The notes under the pieces: generated by a model
Databases searched by the model: none
Told to the model about the DNA's origin: nothing
What the model saw: the letters and a program-made list of their open reading frames with translations, nothing else
Shown here: one piece after another, positions 31,272-41,646 of the stretch
How the letters are laid out: the number at the start of each line of letters is the position of its first letter
Numbering within the stretch: the first letter of the stretch is position 1
DNA from: Desulfovibrio sp.
Lineage (GTDB): Bacteria > Desulfobacterota > Desulfovibrionia > Desulfovibrionales > Desulfovibrionaceae
Assembly: GCA_024699605.1 (NCBI GenBank)
Contig: JAILPJ010000071.1
Coordinates: forward strand, 6,882-70,881
Length of the DNA stretch: 64,000 bases
Direction: 5' to 3'
Translations under genes and position numbers: made by a program

Positions 31272-31445
31272 AAATCCTCACAAAGCTTTTTGCCGAATTT
31301 TTCCTCATTCCGCCTCGGGAAAATTTATGCAAAAAGCATGCTAACCTAAAAGTTCGCGGCACAAAAACCGCTACAGCTCCTCCTTGTCCTTTTCGGCTGT
31401 GACAGAAAAAAGTTTAGCCAGGCAGTGACAAAAAAAATGCCTGAC

Positions 31446-32084
31446 TCAAAGGGTTGGAAGGGTAATAAAATGTTGCCAACGGGCCAGAAGTCCACGCACG
31501 GCCTTCCCTCGATGACTGCGACTGGTCTTCTGTTCACAGCTGAGCATGGCTGCGGTCGTACCGATTTCAGGATCAAAAAAAATGGGATCATAGCCAAAGC
31601 CATTGCTGCCTAAAGGGGCCGTCAGAAGTCGTCCTTCCCAATGACCTTCAATGGTCATTTCGCGACCATCAGGACGAACAGCGGCCATACAGGTCACAAA
31701 ACGGCAGCCGCGCTTTGACTCAGGCAAGCCTTCCATCTCAAAAAGTAACTTGCGCATATTGCGCTGATCCCGGTTTTCCCCCTCAAGAAATTCCCAGTCA
31801 TCGGCATAGCGTGCCGAATGCACACCAGGACGTCCGTTTAAGGCGTCAACCTCAAGCCCCGAATCGTCGGCCACGGCAATCAGCTGGGTGAGCTTGGCAA
31901 CCTGACGAGCTTTGATCAGGGCATTTTGGGCAAAAGTTGCCCCGTTTTCTTCCACAGGCCCAAGTTCGGGAAAGTCTCCAAGACCAAGCAGCCGAACACC
32001 CAAAGCCGCCATGGGACCAGACAGTTCTCGAATCTTGCCGGCATTGGTAGTAGCCAAAACCACATTCAGGACATTTTCCGACAT
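31446..32084 (-). CDS. rdgB: Non-canonical purine NTP pyrophosphatase (Ham1 family)
   Basis: LATTNAGKIRE, ENGATFAQNALIKA, ADDSGL, PGVHSARY, GFGYDPIF, SHRGKA. Confidence 0.94.
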   Translation of the reverse strand: MSENVLNVVLATTNAGKIRELSGPMAALGVRLLGLGDFPELGPVEENGATFAQNALIKARQVAKLTQLIAVADDSGLEVDALNGRPGVHSARYADDWEFLEGENRDQRNMRKLLFEMEGLPESKRGCRFVTCMAAVRPDGREMTIEGHWEGRLLTAPLGSNGFGYDPIFFDPEIGTTAAMLSCEQKTSRSHRGKAVRGLLARWQHFITLPTL

Positions 32085-32260
32085 TATCCCCTCCTAGAGC
32101 CCAAAATAATACATTTTGATTGCGCCAGAATAATGGCTGCGTGTAAAGAGCAGAAAAATCCGCTCCGCATCTCGACATTTGCAAAGATTAAGTTTACGTT
32201 TTCTTTTCGGCGAAAAAAAGGCCGTCGTTTTGCCTTCTCTGGTTCTTTTTTGGAGGTTAC

Positions 32261-34333
32261 ATGCATCTTTTCTTCGACAAGGCAGCCTGTCAAAACACGC
32301 GACGGGCCCTGCAGAATGAATGGTTACTGACCAACGGCCTTGGAGATTACGCCAGCAGCAGCATTCTCAACTGCAATACGCGTAAGTATCATGGTCTTCT
32401 TGTCTCTTCCACCCCCAAGGGCCGAATGGTTCTGCTGTCCACACTGGAAGAATCGCTGTTCGGAGAAAACCGGGAATTTCTCTTTTCGACCCGTCAGCAC
32501 CCACTGACCATGTACCCCAATGGCTATGAATTTCAGGAGCTCTTCTCTCTGGAGGATTGGCCGGTCTTTGTCTATCGCATGGGCAAAACCTTCATCCGCC
32601 GTGAACTGCTCCTTGAGCAGGGAAAAACACGCCTGATCATCCGCTGGACCATTGATGGCAACGGCCTGATGCCCACACGGCTCAGAGTCAAGCCGCTGCT
32701 GGCCGTTCGGAGTTTTCATGAACTGACCCGTGCCAATGACGCACTTTGCAGCAAATGCACCCCCATCCCCGGGGGCTTTGCCATTACTCCGTATGACGGT
32801 CAGCCCACACTCTACTTCCAGAATATCGACCCCCACGGCTTTACGGAAGCGCCAGACTGGTACCGCAATGTGGAATATCAGCAGGAGCACGAACGCGGCT
32901 TCCCCTACAGCGAAGATCTCTTCATGCCCGGTTGCATTGATTTTTCCGTGGCCGGCCGAAAAACCATTTTTCTCGTTGTGGGAACCTCGCCGCTGGAATG
33001 TGCCGCAGAAGATATCTGGGAACGTGAAGTACGCGCTTTCCAGGAGGTTCGTGACAAGGAAGGGCGAACCGGACTGATCAAGCATCTCAAGCGCAGCGGC
33101 AAACAGTTCATTGTGAAGAATCCCAATGGTCGCAAGGCCATTCTGGCCGGTTATCACTGGTTTGACGCCTGGGGCCGGGATACGCTGATTTCCCTGCCAG
33201 GTCTGACCTTTGCCGCTGACAGAATCGATGAAGGCTGTGAGATTCTGACAGAAATCGGCAAAAGTGTACGCCGGGGTCTGATCCCCAATATGTTCTCCCC
33301 CACAGGCAACGATGCCTACAACTCTGCTGACGCCGCCCTCTGGTATGCCTTTGCCGTACAGAGCTTTCTCGCCGCTACGGAAAAATCCGACGAGAGCTAT
33401 GCCTGGGTCAAAACCCATGCTTGGCCTGCCCTTTTGGAAATCATCAAGGGCTTCCGCCAAGGCCCTGGCTTTGACATCTTTTTTGACGACGAAGGACTCC
33501 TGCACGCCGGCAATGCCACAACCCAGCTGACATGGATGGATGCCCAGATCAATGGACAGCCCGTCACACCGCGACACGGCTGCGCAGTAGAACTCAACGC
33601 CCTCTGGTACAATACCCTGGCCTTTGTGCAGGAACTGGCCGAGAAATATGGTGAAAGCGAGATCAATGAAAGAGCCCTGCTCGCAACCATGCGCAAGAAC
33701 TTTATTCGCCATTTTTACGTCACAACGCCAGCTGGCGGCTATCTGGGTGATGTCTGGCGCAACGGCTGGCTCGACAAGAGTATTCGTCCCAATCAAATCT
33801 TTGCCATTTCTCTGCCTCACAGCCCCGTCCCCGAGAAATTCCGCTATCCCATCTGGCAAACGGTCAAGGAAAATCTTTTGACACCCTTTGGCCTGCGCAC
33901 TCTGGCTCCCAGCGATATAGCTTTCCAAAGCCGCTATGAAGGTGGACCCGCAGAACGCGATGCCAGCTATCATCAGGGCACGGTCTGGCCCTGGCTTCTG
34001 GGGCATTACACCGATGCCACCGTTCGAGCCACGTGGGCTGTTGAGCAAGAAATACACGATCTGCTCGAAACCGTTGCCCCTCTCTTCAGCGTACACTTCC
34101 TGGAGGCAGGGCTTGGTACCATTTCTGAAGTCTTTGATGCCGCACCGCCCTATCGGCCCAATGGCTGTATTGCTCAGGCCTGGAGTGTGGCTGAATGTTT
34201 ACGTATGCTGACTTGTGCCCGCAAGCATGCTCCAGGTGTCTACGCCAATTTCAGAGAAAAAATCTTCAAAAGACTCTTTCATCCGACAGATGACACCGTA
34301 GGCCGGGGCCGTCTTGTGGAAACGTTCGGTTAG
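32261..34333 (+). CDS. Glycogen debranching enzyme (amylo-alpha-1,6-glucosidase; GDE_N + GDE_C)
   Basis: EWLLTNGLGDYASS, RKYHGLL, AGYHWFDAWGRDTLISLPG, TWMDA, IRPNQ, YHQGTVWPW, ISEVFD, QAWSVAE. Confidence 0.9.
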   Translation: MHLFFDKAACQNTRRALQNEWLLTNGLGDYASSSILNCNTRKYHGLLVSSTPKGRMVLLSTLEESLFGENREFLFSTRQHPLTMYPNGYEFQELFSLEDWPVFVYRMGKTFIRRELLLEQGKTRLIIRWTIDGNGLMPTRLRVKPLLAVRSFHELTRANDALCSKCTPIPGGFAITPYDGQPTLYFQNIDPHGFTEAPDWYRNVEYQQEHERGFPYSEDLFMPGCIDFSVAGRKTIFLVVGTSPLECAAEDIWEREVRAFQEVRDKEGRTGLIKHLKRSGKQFIVKNPNGRKAILAGYHWFDAWGRDTLISLPGLTFAADRIDEGCEILTEIGKSVRRGLIPNMFSPTGNDAYNSADAALWYAFAVQSFLAATEKSDESYAWVKTHAWPALLEIIKGFRQGPGFDIFFDDEGLLHAGNATTQLTWMDAQINGQPVTPRHGCAVELNALWYNTLAFVQELAEKYGESEINERALLATMRKNFIRHFYVTTPAGGYLGDVWRNGWLDKSIRPNQIFAISLPHSPVPEKFRYPIWQTVKENLLTPFGLRTLAPSDIAFQSRYEGGPAERDASYHQGTVWPWLLGHYTDATVRATWAVEQEIHDLLETVAPLFSVHFLEAGLGTISEVFDAAPPYRPNGCIAQAWSVAECLRMLTCARKHAPGVYANFREKIFKRLFHPTDDTVGRGRLVETFG

Positions 34334-34485
34334 ACTCAACTCTTCATTCTCAAGAGGAATGGTTTGCTGTTTTTCCTGTTTTTGCTTCTCCCTTCCTCTT
34401 GTTCTCAACGCGGAGAGTCTTTTGCGACTTTTCGCCAGATTCTACAGCAACCTTTCAGGAAACCAAGGAACAGAGGAAGCTTCTC

Positions 34486-35805
34486 ATGCAGATTTTAATG
34501 CTCGGCTGGGAATTCCCCCCGCACATCAGTGGAGGTCTCGGCACAGCCTGCTTTGGCATGACCCAGGCTCTCGCGCAAAAAGGAGCCAAAGTCATTTTTG
34601 TGCTGCCAAAGACCAGCAGCGCAGGCGATCCCGGCTTTTTGAAACTGCGTTCGGCCAGCGGTACAGTCATTAATTATGAAGCGGCCAGAAGAATGCAGTC
34701 AGTCGGAGATAGCGTCTGGCAGGACAATATTCGTTTTCTGCCGATCATGAGTCCGCTGACGCCCTATCTTACGCCGGAAGCCTATACCAAAGCCCTCAAG
34801 GAGCTTCACCAGTCCACTCGTTTTTCTGAAGAAACCGCTATCAGCCATGGCACGTTCACCTATCAGCTCAAAGGTGGCTATGGTCCTGGCCTTATGGAAG
34901 AGGTCTACCGCTATTCACGACTGGCCTGCGCTATTGCTCTTCAGGAAAAGTTCGACGTTATCCACGTACACGACTGGATGACTTATCCAGCAGGTCTCCT
35001 GGTCAAAGCCCTCACCGGCAAGCCGCTTGTTTGCCATATCCACGCCACGGAATACGATCGCAGTGGCGAGAATATCAACACGCAGGTGGCAGCCATTGAG
35101 CGGGCGGGCCTGCTTGGCGCCGACCGTGTGGTGGCTGTGAGCCGTCTGACACGCGATGTGGTTGTGCAACGCTACGGTGTCCCCCGTGAAAAAGTCACGG
35201 TGGTCTATAACGCCGTAACTCGCCCAGAAATCGAGCATCATTATGTCATTCCACCGCGCTTAAGACACGAAAAACGCGTGCTCTTCCTCGGCCGCGTCAC
35301 CTATCAGAAGGGCCCTGAATATTTCATGGAGGCCGCGCGCCTTGTCCTGCAGAAAGTGCAGCACGTACGTTTCTATATGGCCGGCAGCGGCGATATGCTG
35401 CCAGGCCTGATCCGTCGGGCCAGCCAGCTGCGCATTGGCCGGCGTTTCCATTTTGCCGGTTTTCTGCGCGGTGAAGAAGTCAACCGCATGTTCGCCCTCA
35501 GCGACCTCTACGTCATGCCCTCAGTTTCAGAGCCCTTCGGTATCACGCCGCTTGAGGCCATGCTCTATGATGTCCCGGTTCTGCTCTCCCGTCAGTCAGG
35601 CGTCTCTGAAGTGCTCCATCACGCCCTCAAGGCCGATTTCTGGGATACCCGCGACATGGCCGACAAAATCTGCGCTGTGCTTCAACATCCGGCTCTGGCT
35701 ATGGAAATTGTGCAGAATTGCCGCGAAGAGATGAAAACCATTCGTTGGGAAAATGCCGCCGAGCAGCTTTTGAGCATCTACCAAAGTCTCACGGGAGGAA
35801 ACTAA
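34486..35805 (+). CDS. GT4 glycosyltransferase (alpha-glucan synthase-like)
   Basis: MLGWEFPPHISGGLG, HVHDWMT, HATEYDRSG, FLGRVTYQKG, SEPFGITPLEA. Confidence 0.88.
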   Translation: MQILMLGWEFPPHISGGLGTACFGMTQALAQKGAKVIFVLPKTSSAGDPGFLKLRSASGTVINYEAARRMQSVGDSVWQDNIRFLPIMSPLTPYLTPEAYTKALKELHQSTRFSEETAISHGTFTYQLKGGYGPGLMEEVYRYSRLACAIALQEKFDVIHVHDWMTYPAGLLVKALTGKPLVCHIHATEYDRSGENINTQVAAIERAGLLGADRVVAVSRLTRDVVVQRYGVPREKVTVVYNAVTRPEIEHHYVIPPRLRHEKRVLFLGRVTYQKGPEYFMEAARLVLQKVQHVRFYMAGSGDMLPGLIRRASQLRIGRRFHFAGFLRGEEVNRMFALSDLYVMPSVSEPFGITPLEAMLYDVPVLLSRQSGVSEVLHHALKADFWDTRDMADKICAVLQHPALAMEIVQNCREEMKTIRWENAAEQLLSIYQSLTGGN

Positions 35806-37175
35806 TGGCTGCGATCTGTCTCTGCCTGGCCATTCATGAGCCCTACTACCTGCGCCGCTACACCATTTTTGATGTGGCGGGAAACAGTCTTTATGAAGAC
35901 GACGACCGCAGCTGCAATATGGCGATGCAAAATGCTCAGAGCTGTTATCTGCCCACCAATGAAATTCTTTACCGACTCATCCAGCGTTTCAAGGGGGATT
36001 TCAGAATAGCCCTGAGCGTCTCGGGTTCTGCTCTGGATCTCTTTGAACAGTACACCCCTGAGGTCATTGATAGCCTCAAGGCTCTGGCTGAAACGGGTTG
36101 TGTGGAATTTATCAGCGAAAGCGGGCCACACAGCCTGGCCTGCCTCTATTCCAAGGAAGAATTTGTCCACCAGGTCCAGGAGCATACCCGCAGAATCCGT
36201 CGCACCTTTGGCAAAATTCCCAATACCTTCCGCAATTCGGAACTGCTCTACGGCAATGATCTGGCTCAGGTTATTGAACAGTTGGGCTTTTCCACAGTGC
36301 TCACCGAAGGCTCTCCCCAGCTCCTGGGCTGGCGTAATGCCAATTTTGTCTATGCTTCCTCTGTTGCCCCCCAGCTGCACCTTCTGCTGCGCAACGCCGA
36401 TCTTTCCACGGATATCAGCCAGCGCTTCAGCCAGAAGAGCTGGGACCGCTGGCCGCTGACCGCTGACACGTTTGCCGGCTGGTGCGCCAAAATCGGAGAA
36501 AACGCCGATACCATCAATCTCTTTCTGGATTTTCACGTTTTCGGTCTGCGCAATACAGTTGAAAGCGGCATTTTCTCCTTCTTGGAAGCCCTGCCTCAGG
36601 CCATCTTACAGCATAAACACTTACATTTCCTGACCCCCAGACAGATCATCAAAAAATATCCTGTCAGCGACACCCTGGCTGTTGCTGAATATCAAAGCTG
36701 GAACGACGAAGGCTGCGATCTCAAGGGCTGGCTTGGCAATGAAATGCAAAAAGATGCCATCAAGGAGCTCTACAGTCTGGCCAAGAGAATCCGTAGTCTA
36801 GGGGATGAAAATCTTCTGCACGATTTCGAACGCCTGCAGACATCGGACTATTTCCATTATATGTCCACACGCTGGTTTTCCGAGTCTCAGCCTGACCGTC
36901 CCAATCCTTATCACAGTCCCTATGATGCTTATATTTCCTATATGAATATCACCAGTGACTTGACCGATCGACTGACCAAACTTGAGGAAGCCAAAAGATC
37001 CTCGCGCACACTCAGGAACAAAGCCGCTTCTTCGTCACAGACCGCCAAGGCGCAAAACATTGCTTCTGCCAAAAAGACTTCCGTCAGCGCCAGCGGCGAA
37101 AAAAAGCCAACCCGGAAACGGAGCCTGAGCAAATCGCCAACGCAGAAACGTGTGCCTAAAAAAACCAGCCGTTGA
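35805..37175 (+). CDS. GH57 alpha-amylase-like glycoside hydrolase
   Basis: HEP, YLPTN, SVSG, RNSEL (nucleophile), WPLTAD, D-x-x-x-FG, LQTSD, NPYHSPY. TAATG overlap with the GT4 gene. Confidence 0.85.
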   Translation: MAAICLCLAIHEPYYLRRYTIFDVAGNSLYEDDDRSCNMAMQNAQSCYLPTNEILYRLIQRFKGDFRIALSVSGSALDLFEQYTPEVIDSLKALAETGCVEFISESGPHSLACLYSKEEFVHQVQEHTRRIRRTFGKIPNTFRNSELLYGNDLAQVIEQLGFSTVLTEGSPQLLGWRNANFVYASSVAPQLHLLLRNADLSTDISQRFSQKSWDRWPLTADTFAGWCAKIGENADTINLFLDFHVFGLRNTVESGIFSFLEALPQAILQHKHLHFLTPRQIIKKYPVSDTLAVAEYQSWNDEGCDLKGWLGNEMQKDAIKELYSLAKRIRSLGDENLLHDFERLQTSDYFHYMSTRWFSESQPDRPNPYHSPYDAYISYMNITSDLTDRLTKLEEAKRSSRTLRNKAASSSQTAKAQNIASAKKTSVSASGEKKPTRKRSLSKSPTQKRVPKKTSR

Positions 37176-37260
37176 TCGTTCTCTCCTGGAGATATTGCAT
37201 CACTCTCCACGCAATCTGAACCAGATCCTCTTACCGTACTCAAGTTAAGGAGAAGACTCT

Positions 37261-40200
37261 ATGGAGTTCAACAACGCGCCAGTGACCCTTTTCGAAGTTA
37301 GCTGGGAAGTCTGCAACAAGGTCGGCGGAATCTATTCTGTCGTCAGTAGCAAGGCTCTGAAGTCGCGCGACATTTTCAACGACAGATACTATGTCCTTGG
37401 TCCTCTTCTCCAGCACAATTCAGGTTTTGAAGAAACCGACGAACCGATCTGGGATAAAATCCGAGCTGCCCTCACAGAAAAAGAAATCACGGCCAAGCTC
37501 GGCAGATGGATGATTCCCGGCAATCCCCGGGCAATCCTTGTGGATTTTGCCAAACGCTACGATTCCAACCAACTGCTCTATGAGCTGTGGAAAAACTTTG
37601 GTGTGGATTCGCTGTCGGGCGGTTGGGACTATATTGAACCGGTGATGTTCTCCACGCTCTGCGGAGAAGTGATCGGAGCTATTCACGAGGCCAAAGTCGT
37701 CCCCAAAAACGGGCACTCAGTCGCGCTCTTCCACGAATGGATGTGTGGTGCTGGTCTGCTCTGGCTGAAAAAGAACCATCCCAGTGTGGGCACGGTCTTC
37801 ACAACCCATGCCACCATGCTCGGGCGAGCCATGGCTGGCTCAGGCAGTGATATTTACTCCAATCTGCGCAACATCAATCCTGCAACTGAAGCCGCCGCGC
37901 ACAATATCACGGCCAAATGGTCCATGGAGAGCACCAGCGCTCGCGAAGCCGATGCCTTTACCACGGTGAGCAATATTACCGGTGAAGAAAGCGCCGTTTT
38001 CCTCGGTCGCCAACCCACGGTGATCACCACCAATGGCCTCGACATGCGCGTTATTCCCGATTACTCACAAAAGCGTGACATCCCCAACCAACATCGCGCA
38101 AAGATTCTCGAAGTTTCTCAGCGCTTTTTGCGTACCGATCTGCCTGAGAATACCAAGATCATCGCCATTTCCGGCCGTTATGAGTACCACAATAAGGGCG
38201 TGGACATTTTCCTGGAAGCCATCGCGCGCGCCAATGTCAATCTCGCCGGCAACAATGACACCTGCATTCTTGCTCTCTGCCTGGTCATGGGCGGACACAC
38301 GGGTGTCAATGAAGACGCCATTTCCGGTAAGCCCGATGCCTCTGACAATGGACTCCCCTTCCTCTGCACCCACTTTGCCTGGAATGCGCCCAATGACGCC
38401 ATTATCACCAATTGCCGACGTCTCGGACTGAACAATCGCGCAGCAGATCATGTCAAAGTGATTTTTGTGCCAGCCATGCTCGACGGCAATGATGGCTTTT
38501 TCAATATGAAGTATGAGGAAATCCTGCAGGCCTGCGATGCCGGTTTCTTCCCCTCATGGTACGAGCCGTGGGGCTATACACCGCAAGAATCGGCGGCTTG
38601 GGCTGTGCCCACCTTTACGACAGATCTTTCAGGCTTTGGTATCTGGGCCAAGCAGAAGATGCAGGAAGACGACTGCGACTATCCCGGCATCAAAATTTTG
38701 CCCAGGCGCGGTCGCAGCTTTTCTGAATGCGTGACCGTGCTGCATCAAAATCTGCTCGACCTGACCACCAGCACACCTGAGGATTTTGCTGTACTTCGCC
38801 GTTCAGCCAGGCTTTTGGCCACCAAGACTGACTGGAACTTCTTCTACGACAATTACTGTAAGGCCTTCTCTGTGGCGCTGAGCAAGGTCGACGCCCGCGT
38901 TGAGCGCCCCTCTTCAGCGCGTGAAGCCTTAAACCGCGTGCTCACAGCCTCATCCTCGGCGACACCTTTCTTGCGCTCCATTCTGGCGGTCGCCGAAATT
39001 CCCAAGGCCCTGATCCGGCTGCGCGATCTGGCCCAAAATCTTTGGTGGTGCTGGAACAATAAGGCCAAAACCCTCTTCAGTGATCTCAATCCCCAGGCCT
39101 GGGCCAAGAATCACAATCCCATCCAAGTCCTCGAAGAAACCGATCCTGAGCGTATCAACGCCATGATCTACAATCAGGAGTACATGAAGTGTTACGATGA
39201 GGTTGTGGCGGCTTTTGACAGTTACATGGCGCAGCCTCTGCATGCCCAATCCGATCATGTCACTCCCAAGCATCCCATTGTCTATTTCTCTACGGAATAC
39301 GGCCTCAATGAGTCGGTACCCATTTACTCGGGTGGTTTAGGCGTACTTTCGGGCGACCACTTAAAGTCCGCTTCAGATTTGGCCATTCCCCTGATTGGCA
39401 TTGGCCTGCTCTACCGCAAGGGCTATTTCAAACAGTACATAGATCTCTCAGGCCGCCAGGTTGCCGAATATCCGGTCAATAAGTTCGCCCATCTTCCCAT
39501 CCGACCCATGCTCAGTGAAGAAGGTGAGCCACTCATGGTGCAGATTGATCTGCCCGGCCGCACCCTCTACGCGCGCATCTGGAAAATGCAGGTGGGTCGT
39601 ATCCCCCTCTATCTGCTTGATTCCGATGTTGACAAAAACACGCCGGAAGACCGCGAAATCACGGCCAATCTCTATGTGGGTGACCGTGAAACCAGGCTTC
39701 TGCAGGAAATTCTGCTCGGCATCGGTGGTATCCGCCTGCTGCGCAAGCTCAATCTTGAGCCGCATGTCTATCACATGAATGAAGGTCACTCGGCCCTGCT
39801 CGTCATTGAGCGCCTTACCGAATGCATGAATATGGGCATGAGCTATGCTGAAGCCTCCAAGCGCGTTTGCTCCAACACGCTCTTCACTACCCATACCCCG
39901 GTTGCTGCGGGCAATGAAGCCTTCTCGCTGGAAATGATGCAGCGCTATCTGGGCAGCGTGGCCGCCCGTCTTGGTCTTTCCTGGCAGCAATTTGCCCAGC
40001 TCGGTCAAATGGAAGGCTCCAATCCCCAGCAGTTTGAAATGACGATCCTCGCGCTGCGTTTCTCGCGCTGGAGCAATGGTGTCAGCCGTCTGCACGGAGT
40101 CGTGGCCAGGCATATGTGGAATAAGCTCTGGAAAAACCTGCCACTGACCGAAGTTCCCATCTACCACGTCACCAATGGCGTGCATACGCCATCGTATGTG

Positions 40201-41523
40201 GGTATGCAGATGGAAGAGCTGCTCAATCAGTATCTCGGTCCGGATTGGCTGAGTGCGCCGCCGGAGTCCCCAATCTGGGAAGGCATTGACAAGATTCCCA
40301 ACGATGAATACTGGACCGCCAAGATGACGCAGAAAGAGGAGCTGCTCAATCTGCTACGCGAAAGCAGTCTCGATTTTGCCCAGAAATTCGGCATGAACAC
40401 GAGCAAAATCAAGGCCATGGAGCGACTGCTCTACCCCTCGACCCTGATTATTGGCTTCGCCCGACGTTTTGCGCCCTATAAGCGCGCAACTCTGCTCTTT
40501 GCCGATCCCGATCGTCTGGCCCGCATTTTGAACGATCCGGCCAAGCCTGTCTGCCTGGTCTTTGCTGGCAAGTCACATCCTGCCGACGAAGCCGGCAATG
40601 ATCTGATTCAAAAGGTGGTCCAGGCCTGCTGCGACCCGCGTTTCCTGGGCAAGATCTTCTTCATCGAGGATTACAATCTGGGTATTTCGCGTGTTCTCTC
40701 ACAGGGTTGCGACGTCTGGCTGAACACACCGCGCAGACCGTACGAAGCCTCAGGGACCAGTGGTATGAAGCTTCCGGTCAATGGCGGCATCAACTTGAGT
40801 ATTTCCGACGGCTGGTGGTGCGAGGGCTATAACCGCCGTAATGGCTGGACCATAGGTCCTGTGGTGCGTACGGAGTTGCCCAAGGACACGCAGAACGACT
40901 ACGCCGACGCGGAATCTCTCTATAATCTTCTGGAACATGATGTCATTCCGCTCTACCACGACGTGGATGAGCATAAGTTGGCCAAGCGCTGGATCGACAT
41001 CTCCAAGAACTCCATGAAGAGCTTGACGGCCAAGTACAATTCGGCCCGCATGCTCAACGACTACTGCCGCGAGGCCTATCTTCCGGCCGCCGAGCGCAGA
41101 GATCGTCTGGCCGAAGATGACTGGAAGCTACTGCGCGAAGTGGTGAACTGGGAACAGAGTCTGCCCAGCCGTTTCAGGACCATCAATATGGAGAAGATCG
41201 AAATTCGCGGGGCCGACGGCTACACCATGGTCTGCGGCGAACCCATCGAAGTCAATCTCCATCTCCATTTGGGCGAAATGCGTCCCGAGGAAATCGAAGC
41301 CCAGCTGGTCATCGGCCTGGTGCACGGCAATGGCAACTTTATCAAGATGCCCACAGTTCTGCCCTTACAGGCTGAGCCGGCTGATCACGGAACCGATGGC
41401 ATGGATTATTCCATCAGCTATACGCCGACAACAAACGGCCATTATTGCTACGGCATCCGTGTTGTTCCCGTCCATCACGGACTGACATCTTGGCTCGAAA
41501 CCGGCCTTGTGCTCTGGGCCTAA
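37261..41523 (+). CDS. Fusion of GT3 glycogen synthase (N-terminal) and GT35 alpha-glucan phosphorylase (C-terminal)
   Basis: GT3: FEVSWEVCNKVGGIY, GRYEYHNKG, YEPWGYTP. GT35: LAQNLWW, YFSTEYG, YSGGLGVLSGDHLKSASD, MNEGH, FARRFAPYKR, EASGTSGMK. No stop codon between the two halves. Confidence 0.92.
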   Translation: MEFNNAPVTLFEVSWEVCNKVGGIYSVVSSKALKSRDIFNDRYYVLGPLLQHNSGFEETDEPIWDKIRAALTEKEITAKLGRWMIPGNPRAILVDFAKRYDSNQLLYELWKNFGVDSLSGGWDYIEPVMFSTLCGEVIGAIHEAKVVPKNGHSVALFHEWMCGAGLLWLKKNHPSVGTVFTTHATMLGRAMAGSGSDIYSNLRNINPATEAAAHNITAKWSMESTSAREADAFTTVSNITGEESAVFLGRQPTVITTNGLDMRVIPDYSQKRDIPNQHRAKILEVSQRFLRTDLPENTKIIAISGRYEYHNKGVDIFLEAIARANVNLAGNNDTCILALCLVMGGHTGVNEDAISGKPDASDNGLPFLCTHFAWNAPNDAIITNCRRLGLNNRAADHVKVIFVPAMLDGNDGFFNMKYEEILQACDAGFFPSWYEPWGYTPQESAAWAVPTFTTDLSGFGIWAKQKMQEDDCDYPGIKILPRRGRSFSECVTVLHQNLLDLTTSTPEDFAVLRRSARLLATKTDWNFFYDNYCKAFSVALSKVDARVERPSSAREALNRVLTASSSATPFLRSILAVAEIPKALIRLRDLAQNLWWCWNNKAKTLFSDLNPQAWAKNHNPIQVLEETDPERINAMIYNQEYMKCYDEVVAAFDSYMAQPLHAQSDHVTPKHPIVYFSTEYGLNESVPIYSGGLGVLSGDHLKSASDLAIPLIGIGLLYRKGYFKQYIDLSGRQVAEYPVNKFAHLPIRPMLSEEGEPLMVQIDLPGRTLYARIWKMQVGRIPLYLLDSDVDKNTPEDREITANLYVGDRETRLLQEILLGIGGIRLLRKLNLEPHVYHMNEGHSALLVIERLTECMNMGMSYAEASKRVCSNTLFTTHTPVAAGNEAFSLEMMQRYLGSVAARLGLSWQQFAQLGQMEGSNPQQFEMTILALRFSRWSNGVSRLHGVVARHMWNKLWKNLPLTEVPIYHVTNGVHTPSYVGMQMEELLNQYLGPDWLSAPPESPIWEGIDKIPNDEYWTAKMTQKEELLNLLRESSLDFAQKFGMNTSKIKAMERLLYPSTLIIGFARRFAPYKRATLLFADPDRLARILNDPAKPVCLVFAGKSHPADEAGNDLIQKVVQACCDPRFLGKIFFIEDYNLGISRVLSQGCDVWLNTPRRPYEASGTSGMKLPVNGGINLSISDGWWCEGYNRRNGWTIGPVVRTELPKDTQNDYADAESLYNLLEHDVIPLYHDVDEHKLAKRWIDISKNSMKSLTAKYNSARMLNDYCREAYLPAAERRDRLAEDDWKLLREVVNWEQSLPSRFRTINMEKIEIRGADGYTMVCGEPIEVNLHLHLGEMRPEEIEAQLVIGLVHGNGNFIKMPTVLPLQAEPADHGTDGMDYSISYTPTTNGHYCYGIRVVPVHHGLTSWLETGLVLWA

Positions 41524-41550
41524 GAACGAACAAAACGCATAAAAATACGA

Positions 41551-41579
41551 GGAGGGATGGGCTTGCCCATCCCTCCTTT
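41551..41579. terminator. Intrinsic terminator after the glycogen locus
   Basis: GGAGGGATGGG-cttg-CCCATCCCTCC-TTT. Confidence 0.75.
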
Positions 41580-41646
41580 GCTATCAAAAACACCTTCAGG
41601 CCCGGCAAAAACGCCCCCGAGCCGGCCGCATTGTTGGGTCCTTTCC

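Noticed and set aside
31328-31343. Possible sigma-54 promoter for fliD (TAGCAT-GCTTT-TTGCA on the minus strand)
   Set aside because: The near-invariant GG of the -24 box is AG. Plausible by context but not supportable as a call.
32324-34096. 590-aa antisense ORF over the debranching enzyme, and similar long shadow ORFs (2038-2667, 8661-9455, 21784-22863, 55327-56058)
   Set aside because: They lie wholly opposite well-supported genes and carry no recognisable motifs, as expected for GC-rich codon-bias shadows.
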